This document shows positions 19,675-28,807 of a stretch of DNA of 64,000 bases, piece by piece (the first letter of the stretch is position 1; every line of letters begins with the position of its first letter). Source of the DNA: Patescibacteria group bacterium (GTDB lineage Bacteria > Patescibacteriota > WWE3 > 2-01-FULL-39-13); contig JASNYX010000002.1 of the NCBI GenBank assembly GCA_048499955.1, positions 4,513 to 68,512 on the forward strand. Reading direction: 5' to 3'. The position numbers were made by a program, and so were the translations under genes. The notes beneath the pieces were generated by a model. The model ran no database searches. It was not told the origin of the DNA and worked only from the letters and a program-made list of their open reading frames with translations.

Positions 19675-19693
19675 AGTTATTTTTGATAAGATA

Positions 19694-20842
19694 TCAGGAT
19701 TTTCTTTTTAATATCTGAACGATATCCCGACCTAAAATTTCACTACCATTTAAGATATAGTCAAAATCTTTTGAATTCTTCACTCGACTCGATGATCCCT
19801 GAAGAATGTCAGTAATAACTTGTAACAGATGTTCGGGGTTTGCGGATTCTTCCTCCATTACATAAGCTTGGCCAGTTTTTTGAAGCATCTTAGCGTTCTT
19901 ACGTTGTTCATCGTTCGAAGACCACGGTATTGGGATTAAAATTGCAGGCTTACCAAGTACCCCTAGCTCGTAAACGCTGTGTGCTCCGCTTCTCGAAAGC
20001 ACAATATCGCAGGAAGAATAAATCCCCCCGATTTCGTCCTCCATAAAATACTCTTTAATCAAAACCTGCTTCTGTAATCCTGACTTGTCGACAACGCCAA
20101 CAATTTCATTGTAGTCGGCCAGACCCTTTCGGTGCCCGCATGACCAAATGATATTAACAACTCGGCATAATCCCGGTAATGCCTTTAGCACTAAACTATT
20201 AATGAACATCGAACCTGCTTTTCCTCCTGTCACATATAAGATCGGGAGATTATTTTCGAAAACTATATTCTTTTCCCCGGATTTTAGTATCTGAAGAAGG
20301 TTTTTTCTCAAAGGCAATCCCGAATACATTAGCTTGCTTCGATTAACCCCGGCGTAATTTTCTACCGGCCAAGCAGTGTAAACTTTCTCAACAAATGGCT
20401 GAACAATCCTATTCGCTAAACCAATTGCGATGGTCTGTTCATGTGACACAGAAGGAATTCCAAGAATTTTGGCAGAAATGATAACCGGAACCGAGATATA
20501 CCCACCAAAGGAAATAATAATATCCGGCCTGTTATTCAACAAATATATAAAAGCACTTACAAACCCTACAGGAATCAAGCCTAAATTATAAAGGAATTGG
20601 GGGAAATACCTGATACTTCGGAATCTAAAATACTTTCCTGCTTTTAGATGCAAGAATTTCACATTACGTTTCGTAACCTCTTGGAATTCAGGTGTAAGTG
20701 AATAACCATCCACGTATTTTTTCCCGATCCAATAATAATCGAACTTACATGAGAGATCTGATGAATTATCTGACAGCCAATCAAGTACAGCTAGTGCAGA
20801 ATTGTGATGAGCACCGGTAAATAATACTTTATAAGTTTTCAT
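19694..20842 (-). CDS. murG: MurG GlcNAc transferase
   Basis: TGAHHNSALAV, SFGGYISVPV, HEQTIAIGLAN, GLPLR, SRSGA..VYE, LIPIPW..EQ.KNA. Confidence 0.9.
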   Translation of the reverse strand: MKTYKVLFTGAHHNSALAVLDWLSDNSSDLSCKFDYYWIGKKYVDGYSLTPEFQEVTKRNVKFLHLKAGKYFRFRSIRYFPQFLYNLGLIPVGFVSAFIYLLNNRPDIIISFGGYISVPVIISAKILGIPSVSHEQTIAIGLANRIVQPFVEKVYTAWPVENYAGVNRSKLMYSGLPLRKNLLQILKSGEKNIVFENNLPILYVTGGKAGSMFINSLVLKALPGLCRVVNIIWSCGHRKGLADYNEIVGVVDKSGLQKQVLIKEYFMEDEIGGIYSSCDIVLSRSGAHSVYELGVLGKPAILIPIPWSSNDEQRKNAKMLQKTGQAYVMEEESANPEHLLQVITDILQGSSSRVKNSKDFDYILNGSEILGRDIVQILKRKS

Positions 20843-20847
20843 AAACT

Positions 20848-22131
20848 TTACCTTCTGTGAGACTCGGAAATACTCCTACTTACATTTAGCACAAGCCCGA
20901 GCCCCAGAAGCATAAACAGAGTAGACGATCCCCCATATGATACTAAGGGAAGCGGTACACCTGTTAATGGCATTATACGCACCATAGAAGTGAGATTCAT
21001 CAACGCTTGTATGGCAATCCAAATTGTAATCCCTTTTACTAATAATGAGCTAAAATTATCTTGTGTTTTCCTAGCTATATAAAAACACCTACCGATAAGC
21101 AATACAAATAGGGAAATTAAAAACAATGTCCCTAGGAACCCTAGTTCTTCGCCAACAACCGCAAAAATTGAGTCTCCTATTACTTCAGGTAGATACGCAT
21201 ACTTTTGACGAGAATTTCCAAAACCAAGCCCCCAAAAACCTCCGGATCCCAATGCAATCATTATCTGTCTGATGTGATATCCAGCACCAAGCTTATCAAT
21301 ATCATCGGGATTCAATAGCGTCTGTATTCTTTCCATACGATACGGCGAGCTTAATGCATATATTGTCGTGGCAATTCCAATTGGGAATAGATACAAAAAC
21401 AAAGTTTTTAGTGGAGCATACGCAAAATAAGCTACAGATATTAGGATTCCAAAGGTAATGAAAGCTGTGGTGAAATCAGGCTCCACTGCAATCAATCCCG
21501 CAATCGCTAAAATCGCAACCAGATAATTTCTAGTAAGTATTGATATGTCTTTTCCTCCGACAAACGACTTACTCACAACCTGAAAACTATTCACTCGAAA
21601 GAATCTTTGTCTGTTATTACCTCTAAAATTAAAGATACTGGATAAAACCGACTGAAACGGAAGCTTCTCATGACCGGTAAAAAATGCTGCCCCGAAAATT
21701 ATTCCCGCTAGCTTAGTAAATTCGCTAGGCTGAAAGCCTACTATCCCAATCATGGGAATTCGAGGAAGCGGATCAGGGTTGAGATATAACCAACGCCTAG
21801 CTCCATAGATTTCAGGAGAAAATGGAGTCGGGAGAAGAATAAAAGCCAAAAAACAAATTGCTAATCCTATCAAAAAACCTGCGTATTTCTTTACAAGCTC
21901 CAAATTAATTACGGACATCACAAAACATCCGATAAGGCCAAGACAGATCCAACACGCTTGAAGTATTAAGAATCTATATTTTGTTCCGAAGTTCTGTTCC
22001 GCGTAAAAAGCCGAGGCATCAAAGACCATCAATACGCCGAAAGTTAATAGAACCAGCATTACCACAAGTAGGAATTTATCAACTTCTCCAATGCCTTTAG
22101 CTGCTAGAATGGTTTTTCTGTTACTTATCAT
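20848..22131 (-). CDS. ftsW: SEDS peptidoglycan polymerase FtsW
   Basis: GARRW, FQPSEF, ALGSGGFWGLG, YLPEVIGDSIF, PLTGVPLPLVSYGGSS. Confidence 0.93.
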   Translation of the reverse strand: MISNRKTILAAKGIGEVDKFLLVVMLVLLTFGVLMVFDASAFYAEQNFGTKYRFLILQACWICLGLIGCFVMSVINLELVKKYAGFLIGLAICFLAFILLPTPFSPEIYGARRWLYLNPDPLPRIPMIGIVGFQPSEFTKLAGIIFGAAFFTGHEKLPFQSVLSSIFNFRGNNRQRFFRVNSFQVVSKSFVGGKDISILTRNYLVAILAIAGLIAVEPDFTTAFITFGILISVAYFAYAPLKTLFLYLFPIGIATTIYALSSPYRMERIQTLLNPDDIDKLGAGYHIRQIMIALGSGGFWGLGFGNSRQKYAYLPEVIGDSIFAVVGEELGFLGTLFLISLFVLLIGRCFYIARKTQDNFSSLLVKGITIWIAIQALMNLTSMVRIMPLTGVPLPLVSYGGSSTLFMLLGLGLVLNVSRSISESHRR

Positions 22132-22149
22132 TTATTATAATTCTATCTT

Positions 22150-22980
22150 ATGATTAATAACTTCTTTAGGGTTATTCTTAAAAATGGTCTCGCTATATTA
22201 TCGAGGATGGCAATTAACAAGCATAAGCCGATAATAATCGCTGTATTAGGCAATAATTATGCTTCATTTGCAAAAGAGGCAATCTATGCGATTACTTCTC
22301 TGCGTTACAATACTCGACGAAATCTGGAAAACCCTGATAGTGAATTCAGCATACCACTAACAATTCTTGGTGAATTATCTTACCCGCACACCTATACTCA
22401 ATGGATCCATGTGATCATTAAGAATACATTGAGAACAGCATATTTAAAACCATATAACCACCTTCTGGTTATTCAGATCAAAAATATTACTAATCCGATC
22501 CATGACTATTGGCTGACTAGAATCAGGCCTCAATTCATAATAGACACTTCAAACTGGACAAAAGAAAACATCGAAGAACTCCTCGAAGGTAAAATACCTG
22601 ACGAATTTATACCGATATTAAATGCCCTCGACATAGATATCGCAACATCTGAAGAAATACTGAAAAGCAACTTTTTTCCCACCTCAAGAATTAGTATTAT
22701 TCCTGCGAAGAAAGATTCGTATATTATCGACGCACGCCACTACTACTTCCCCCCAAAGGTAAAAACCATCGTGGAAATCGCAGATTCATTAGGAGCAAGC
22801 AAATACCTTATAACTTCATTAAAAGACGATAGTAAACGTTTTCCGGACGATTACAAAGATATCGAATACATTGACGAGATTGATAAATTCCCCTCCAACT
22901 CGGTTTTCATTTTTCGGGGTTCAAAAAACGAATTTTCCAATGAAATCCGGGAACTCTCAGTTAATGATTTGGAAATATAA
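22150..22980 (+). CDS. Degenerate MurF-like (Mur ligase fold) protein lacking the P-loop
   Basis: KHKPIIIAVLG..AKEAIYAI..EFSIPLTILG and PTSRISIIPAKKDSYIID align by eye with MurF (KPKIIGITGSVGKT.TKEAIY..EIGVPLTILG; PGRM.....IIDDSYNASP), but GKT and DDSYN are absent. Confidence 0.7.
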   Translation: MINNFFRVILKNGLAILSRMAINKHKPIIIAVLGNNYASFAKEAIYAITSLRYNTRRNLENPDSEFSIPLTILGELSYPHTYTQWIHVIIKNTLRTAYLKPYNHLLVIQIKNITNPIHDYWLTRIRPQFIIDTSNWTKENIEELLEGKIPDEFIPILNALDIDIATSEEILKSNFFPTSRISIIPAKKDSYIIDARHYYFPPKVKTIVEIADSLGASKYLITSLKDDSKRFPDDYKDIEYIDEIDKFPSNSVFIFRGSKNEFSNEIRELSVNDLEI

Positions 22981-23543
22981 TGATCGCCACAAAGAATGAC
23001 GACGAAAAAAAATTAGTAGAAGCAGCTCAGAAGGATCCTGAATCACTCGGTAAGCTATATGAGGCCTACAATAGTAAAATCCGCAACTACATCCTTTCCA
23101 AAGTGAACAATGACAAATATATTGCTGACGATTTAACTTCAAGCATATTCGAGAAAATGGTCTCGAATATAAAGAATTATAAATGGCAAGGAATCACATT
23201 TTCTGCCTGGCTGTACAGAATTGCAAACAACACTTTAATCGACTATTATCGTGCGTATAAAAACACGAAAAAGCTCGATGAAAATTCCGAAGCAAATGTT
23301 AAAGACCCAAATCTCAATGTAGAAGAAAGCCTCACGACATTTGACAGTGCATCACGCATTCGAAGTCTTCTCAACAAATTGAACACGAGAGAGAAAGAAA
23401 TAGTAATGCTCAAGTTTTATGAAGGATACACTAACAAAGAAATTTCTGATAAATTGGGGATCAGTGAGTCAAACGTAGGGACTATTGTCCACAGATCGAT
23501 ATTGAAACTTAGACAAGATTCATCACTCCAAAGTTATATCTAG
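22980..23543 (+). CDS. ECF-type sigma-70 factor
   Basis: Region 2 (LYEAY..ADDLTSSIF..FSAWLYRIANNTLIDYYR) and region 4 HTH (YTNKEISDKLGISESNVGTIVHR). Confidence 0.92.
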   Translation: MIATKNDDEKKLVEAAQKDPESLGKLYEAYNSKIRNYILSKVNNDKYIADDLTSSIFEKMVSNIKNYKWQGITFSAWLYRIANNTLIDYYRAYKNTKKLDENSEANVKDPNLNVEESLTTFDSASRIRSLLNKLNTREKEIVMLKFYEGYTNKEISDKLGISESNVGTIVHRSILKLRQDSSLQSYI

Positions 23544-24737
23544 ATTAAGATTCATTAAATTATCACGCAGGTTTTGGGAGAAATAATCCACATAATCTAT
23601 CCCGGATACCCAACTTCTACCATCATTAATAAAAGAAGACACCAAAATTGGGAGGTTTATACCCGTGAATTCGGAAACTCTGAAGTTATTCCTAACTAAT
23701 CCGATTCTCGAGGGCTTAATCATAATTTCAACATAGCCTGATTTATCCTTTGCCGGATAATGATCATTCCTACATTTAATTATGTTTAATTCTTTACCCA
23801 GAAGATCCAACTCATCTTTTGGTGGGGTGGAAATTCGTACGTTCTTCTCTGATAAAAGCGATGTAATTAAAATCAGATAGCCTAATTCATCAAGTGCAAT
23901 ATGAGGATACACATAAATGTTAGACAGATCCTTTTTCTCATACCAAAGCTTTAGACGGTTATCAATAATTTCATAGTTCGCACCAACATCCACAAGTTTA
24001 AGTAAAAAGTTAAGGTATCGCGTTAGATCAAAATTCGCAAATTCGATATCTCCATCCGTTAATATCCCCAATGCTGCAAAAAAATTGAATTCAAGAAGTG
24101 ATAATGGACAATCCTGTCGAACCGACGTACTACCGTTAAGCAATAGTGCCAAATTGGGGTTATGCTCATTATATGTAACTCTAATGTTAGGGAATAATTT
24201 TTTCAGTAATAGCTTACCGGCGACCTTGTAGATATCTTCGTCAGCGTCAGCCCTTAATGTGACGGAGGTCGATTCAGTATCAAGGGGTGCAATCAGGTTA
24301 ACTCTTCCGTTATAGACATTTCGCTTAATTCCTAACGAAACATAAAATTTGATCTGCTCTCTGATAATATTCGCAGTCTCAATACTAATGCTTATTTCTT
24401 TTTCCCTCTGAAATAAAGCCGGAATAACTAAATTTAAATAAGGATATTGATGCTCTAAAAAGTTAAGCTCCGTGTTTACTCCTGAATCAATTTTTAAATT
24501 TATTTGATTTACAGTAAGCCATTTCACTTGCACACCAATATTGACGATAAAATCAAGAAAATCGAGCATGAGTTGACACCGAGGAACATTGGTGAGTTGT
24601 AATTCTGTTCGTTTGGAAGCGATAAAATCTGCAATTATCAATATAGCCGCATATACGTCACCGGAAATTTCAACTACTCCGTAGGCGGGCTTTCCGCCTT
24701 TTATGTGCATTAATTGGGATTTTTGTAACTCCGCCAT
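23523..24737 (-). CDS. Degenerate MurA (EPT/RTPC fold) homologue lacking catalytic residues
   Basis: IKGGKPAYGVVEISGDVYAAILI vs MurA ...GEVTISGAKNAALPI; LTNVP; C-terminal GIDYVDYFSQNLRDNLMNLNLDI vs [20 protein letters not shown]. Full-length 404 aa. Confidence 0.75.
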   Translation of the reverse strand: MAELQKSQLMHIKGGKPAYGVVEISGDVYAAILIIADFIASKRTELQLTNVPRCQLMLDFLDFIVNIGVQVKWLTVNQINLKIDSGVNTELNFLEHQYPYLNLVIPALFQREKEISISIETANIIREQIKFYVSLGIKRNVYNGRVNLIAPLDTESTSVTLRADADEDIYKVAGKLLLKKLFPNIRVTYNEHNPNLALLLNGSTSVRQDCPLSLLEFNFFAALGILTDGDIEFANFDLTRYLNFLLKLVDVGANYEIIDNRLKLWYEKKDLSNIYVYPHIALDELGYLILITSLLSEKNVRISTPPKDELDLLGKELNIIKCRNDHYPAKDKSGYVEIMIKPSRIGLVRNNFRVSEFTGINLPILVSSFINDGRSWVSGIDYVDYFSQNLRDNLMNLNLDITLE

Positions 24738-24759
24738 AAAATATAAGTAGAATTATACC

Positions 24760-26469
24760 TTAATTTGATTGCGGCCTATCCGGTAGCAAACCATAATAGT
24801 CTGCGATATCTTCTGCAATCCGCATCCATAGCGGTACTGCAGTTTCAGCAGCATATCCACTAGGATTACTGGGTTCTTCCAACCTTACAATCATAACGAA
24901 ATTTTTATAAGTTGGGAAAAAGCCTACAAAGGTTGCATTTGTACGATGTGGGGCGTACCCACCTCGCACAGGAATCTGTGCTGTTCCGGTTTTTCCGGCG
25001 ATTAAATATTTTTTCGACACAAAATATTTTGCTTCTCCACCGGAAACCGTTTGAGTCAACATCTCGACCATAGTTTTTGCTGTGTTTTCGGATATTGGTC
25101 GATCGAGTATTTCCGGCTCCACTTTTATTACCTTATCAGGGGATATAATCTCTGAAACTAAATGAGGTCGCATAAGCTTGCCTTCGTTTGCAATCAAAGC
25201 AAATGAGGAAAGTACCTGTATCGGTGTAACCGAAATGCCTTGGCCAAATGAAGCATTGGCGAGCTCGATGTCCTTGAGTGGAAACTTCTTGTGCATAAGC
25301 CCTAATTCCTCACCCTCAAGATCAATGTTTGTGTATCGCCCTAAGCTAAAGTTGTTAAAATATTTGAAAAGGGTTTCTGAGCCGACCTTTTGACCTACCC
25401 AAGCAATCGCCAAATTATTGGAAAGCTGTAGTACCTGAGTCATATCAATAACACCATGGTTTTTCCCATCCCAGTTATTTACTTTGTATCCGGAAAACTC
25501 TCTAGGTCCTGTGTCATTATAAGTAGTCCCCAGATCAACCGCACCTAAATCAATTGCCGCCGCCATAGTTATAGCTTTTATCACTGAACCAGGTTCATAA
25601 ACTGACGAAATAATATCGTTTCGAACATCATCTAGGTTTAAATTTCGTTTATCAGCGGAAGGGTCAAACGGTGGATACTTTGCCATTGCAAGAACTTCAC
25701 CGGTTTTAGGATCCATTACTACTACATTCCCGCTTAATGCATTGTATCGGTCAACTCCATCTTTTAGATGATTCTCAACAATAAATTGAATATTCCTATC
25801 AATTGTTAAAACAAGGTCACTTCCATCTACCTCGGGAAGCTTTTCGGCACCACCCCATAAAATTGGGTCACCTATCGCTGATTTTTCAGTTAAGGTCCAC
25901 CCATCATGACCTTTTAGATATCCATCATAATACTGTTCCAGTCCGTAATACCCAACTTCGTTACCCGCCTTGTCTCTTCCAATAAATCCTAAAGCGTTCG
26001 ACAACATTGTGTGCTCCGGATAAAAACGGGAATATGCTTCCTCGAAGCGTATCTCAGGATTCTCAGAAAGCATCGCCTCTTTGATTTCCCAGTTAACCGG
26101 AATCGGAATTTTCACAACTTCTCCCTCTAGATTAGTAGCGTTAATTATCTCCATTTGGGAATCGGTATAATGCTTCGATAGATATTTTTTGAATTCGGAT
26201 AAATCTTTATACCCCGACATCAGGAATCTAGGATAATAACTGGTTATAGAAAATACTACAGGGTAGCGATCTGATGTATAAATAGTACCTCTTTTTGCGG
26301 GAATTTTATTACTAAACCAATGTTGCTCCCTAGCCTGAGCTTTGTACTTAGAGGCGTTAATAACTTGAATTTGAAACAACCTTGAGACGACAAGAAAAAA
26401 TAAAAAGAAGACTACTAACTGGACGAGCTTATCTCTATCCATAAAGATTTTTGGCCATATTTTCTTCAT
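24760..26469 (-). CDS. ftsI: Class B penicillin-binding protein (FtsI/PBP2 family)
   Basis: AKRGTIY, RFYP, GLEQYYD, LTID, EPGSVIK (SxxK), SNN (SxN), GKTGT. Confidence 0.93.
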   Translation of the reverse strand: MKKIWPKIFMDRDKLVQLVVFFLFFLVVSRLFQIQVINASKYKAQAREQHWFSNKIPAKRGTIYTSDRYPVVFSITSYYPRFLMSGYKDLSEFKKYLSKHYTDSQMEIINATNLEGEVVKIPIPVNWEIKEAMLSENPEIRFEEAYSRFYPEHTMLSNALGFIGRDKAGNEVGYYGLEQYYDGYLKGHDGWTLTEKSAIGDPILWGGAEKLPEVDGSDLVLTIDRNIQFIVENHLKDGVDRYNALSGNVVVMDPKTGEVLAMAKYPPFDPSADKRNLNLDDVRNDIISSVYEPGSVIKAITMAAAIDLGAVDLGTTYNDTGPREFSGYKVNNWDGKNHGVIDMTQVLQLSNNLAIAWVGQKVGSETLFKYFNNFSLGRYTNIDLEGEELGLMHKKFPLKDIELANASFGQGISVTPIQVLSSFALIANEGKLMRPHLVSEIISPDKVIKVEPEILDRPISENTAKTMVEMLTQTVSGGEAKYFVSKKYLIAGKTGTAQIPVRGGYAPHRTNATFVGFFPTYKNFVMIVRLEEPSNPSGYAAETAVPLWMRIAEDIADYYGLLPDRPQSN

Positions 26470-26474
26470 AAAAA

Positions 26475-26762
26475 TTATCTGGAGGCAAATTCAGGAGTAG
26501 TGTAGAAATCGATTCTTCCTTTGGCAAAACCTTCCTCAAGAGCCTTATTGCTAACCGTATTGAGAGATGACATTGTGTAATATGTCGCCATTAAGTACTC
26601 GTTCTCCTTTGAAAGACTTTCGATTTTTTTCTCAACAATCCTTAATTCTTCACCTTTACCTACATTAGCATTTGAGAAGTACATTCCAACCACTCCGGTT
26701 ATTACGAACAAGATAGTTAGAAAGATATTAAGCTTTGATATATAACTATTATTATTTTTCAT
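26475..26762 (-). CDS. ftsL: FtsL-like cell division protein
   Basis: TM helix plus leucine-zipper coiled coil (IESLSKENEYL), between rsmH and ftsI. Confidence 0.7.
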   Translation of the reverse strand: MKNNNSYISKLNIFLTILFVITGVVGMYFSNANVGKGEELRIVEKKIESLSKENEYLMATYYTMSSLNTVSNKALEEGFAKGRIDFYTTPEFASR

Positions 26763-27621
26763 ACGCCCTCAACTTAGCACTACGCGAAGATGGATTCTTG
26801 AAAATTTCATCTTCCGTCGGAACAACCGGTTCATCTGTAATCGGTTTAAGTTCGGGGTTCCGCTTTAATTCCTTAGCTATACGATCCTCTAAAGAATGAA
26901 AAGATATGATCACCAAACGACCATTTTTGTTTAACAACGGAACAGCCCGACTTAAACTTTCCCGTAAATTTTCTAGCTCACTATTAACTGCGATCCGCAA
27001 CGCTTGAAAAACCCTTGTAGCAGGATGCACTCGACTTTCCCTATATCTCGAAGCGGCTTTTATCACTTCTGAAATGCTTTTCGAGGTAAAGGATGAGTTT
27101 ATTCTTGCGTAATTTTTAATTGCCCTGGCAAAATTTTTCGCCTGAGGCTCTTCGCCGAAATTCAAAAACAAATCAGCGAGCTCATTTTCAGACAGACCCT
27201 TGATCAAATCTTCAGCTTTAACTTGGAGACTGTCATCCATCCGCATATCAAGGGGTCCCTCGTCTTCATAGCTGAAACCTTTGTCTAAATCTTTTAGTTG
27301 AAATGTGCTTAAGCCCAAATCATAGAGGATCCCATCAACACTGTTCCAACCGTTTTCTTGTATTTTCGTATCAATTTCCCTAAAGTTAGCTTTTACTATT
27401 CGCAACTGACCTAAATCCAGATAAGTTGCAAGCCTCTTGCTTGCAAACTCAATTGCACTTTGGTCAACTTCGAATGCTAAAACATTTCCACCCATACCCA
27501 GGATTTTTTCGGTATGGCCACCACCACCTAAATTGCAATCTATATAACGAGCCTCAGGCTTAATGTTGAGAAAATGAATCGCCTCGTAAAGCAAAACACT
27601 TAGATGCTCACTTTGGTACAT
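26752..27621 (-). CDS. rsmH: 16S rRNA m4C1402 methyltransferase
   Basis: HLSVLL, GGGGH, DLGLS, PLDMRM, HPATRVFQALRIAVN, SFHSLEDRI, NPSSRSAKLR. Confidence 0.96.
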   Translation of the reverse strand: MYQSEHLSVLLYEAIHFLNIKPEARYIDCNLGGGGHTEKILGMGGNVLAFEVDQSAIEFASKRLATYLDLGQLRIVKANFREIDTKIQENGWNSVDGILYDLGLSTFQLKDLDKGFSYEDEGPLDMRMDDSLQVKAEDLIKGLSENELADLFLNFGEEPQAKNFARAIKNYARINSSFTSKSISEVIKAASRYRESRVHPATRVFQALRIAVNSELENLRESLSRAVPLLNKNGRLVIISFHSLEDRIAKELKRNPELKPITDEPVVPTEDEIFKNPSSRSAKLRAYEK

Positions 27622-27630
27622 ATAATTCTC

Positions 27631-28086
27631 CTACTCGCTTTCGTTATTGCCGGGAACAAGATTCGACAGTTTTTCACCTATAATGGAACTATTTTTTTCT
27701 ATCTCCTCAATTTTTATTATCCAACGTGACATATCCCAAAGTTCAACCCACCGACCTAGGCCGACAAAAACACCCTCATCTTTTAACGCTGAATAACCCA
27801 TAAGATATGGTGGGACCACGAATCTACCCTGAGAATCTAATTCGACTTCGGAAGCACTCCCCAAAAGGAAACGACTGGTATCTCTAATAAGTCCTGAGAC
27901 GAAAGGCCCGGAAATACTATCCCGAACCATTTCCTCCCATTGGGCAGGGGACATTATCACGAGACACCCCTCGTATCCCTTTGTGACAATAAGCTTGCTA
28001 CCTATGTCTTCTCGGAACTTCTTGGGAAAAGCTATGCGGTTTTTTTCACCTACTTTTTGGTGATACTCTCCTATAACCATCGGCAT
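27631..28086 (-). CDS. mraZ: Transcriptional regulator MraZ
   Basis: IGEYHQKV..KNRIAFPKKFR, KGYEGCL, LDSQGRFVVP, VELW. Confidence 0.94.
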   Translation of the reverse strand: MPMVIGEYHQKVGEKNRIAFPKKFREDIGSKLIVTKGYEGCLVIMSPAQWEEMVRDSISGPFVSGLIRDTSRFLLGSASEVELDSQGRFVVPPYLMGYSALKDEGVFVGLGRWVELWDMSRWIIKIEEIEKNSSIIGEKLSNLVPGNNESE

Positions 28087-28175
28087 CGGGGTAGACCCTT
28101 TTAATGAACTACTGATAAACTGCCGTGAAAAATGTTGGCAGGATTTTAATGTGCAAAATCTCCATACCTATTCCG

Positions 28176-28199
28176 CCACACATCACCACTTGTCACCAC
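28176..28199 (-). promoter_or_regulatory. MraZ-binding repeats (DCW boxes) of the mraZ promoter
   Basis: Three GTGG on the minus strand with exact 10-bp period (ccac at 28176, 28186, 28196), just downstream of a TTGCTG-N17-TATTAT promoter (28239-28211). Confidence 0.8.
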
Positions 28200-28327
28200 T
28201 CTTATTTGTAATAATAAGTCAGCACCAACAAGTCAGCAATACGAATAAGTACCGTAAGCACATAAATGACATGGAAAGTGAAGCGGGATTTAAAAAAAAT
28301 TTCATACTCAAGAAGTATGATCGGTGT

Positions 28328-28807
28328 ATGCCTTATAAGAACAAACAGAAAAAGCTCTTACCTAATGCTATTTATCATGTTTATAATCGCGGGGTCGAAA
28401 GAAAATGCATCTATGAAAACTCCAGTGACTATAAATTTTTCATCAATCTCATTGAAAATCTTTTAATAAAGCATAGTAAAGATATTAAACTCCTAGCATT
28501 TTGTTTAATGCCCAACCACTTTCACTTGCTAGTTAAGCAAAAAGATAAATACGGCATGATGAAATTTATGAGAGATTTAAGCTGTAGGTATACCTATTAC
28601 TTTAATCGGAAATATGCCAGATTTGGCCCTTTATTCCAAGGCACATACCGAGCATCCATTATCAAGGATCAGCGACAATATGCAGTCACCAGAAATTACA
28701 TACATCAAAATCCGGTAGATATTTGCAGTGATGTGAAGAAATACCCGTACTCAAGCTATAAACATTATCAGGGAAAAGTTCATTTGGAATTCATCAAAAC
28801 GGTCTGA
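28328..28807 (+). mobile_element. REP-associated tyrosine transposase (RAYT; IS200-like Y1 HUH)
   Basis: YHVYNRG, AFCLMPNHFHLL (HUH), GPLFQGTY, YIHQNPV (catalytic Tyr), YPYSSY. Start at ATG 28328. Confidence 0.88.
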
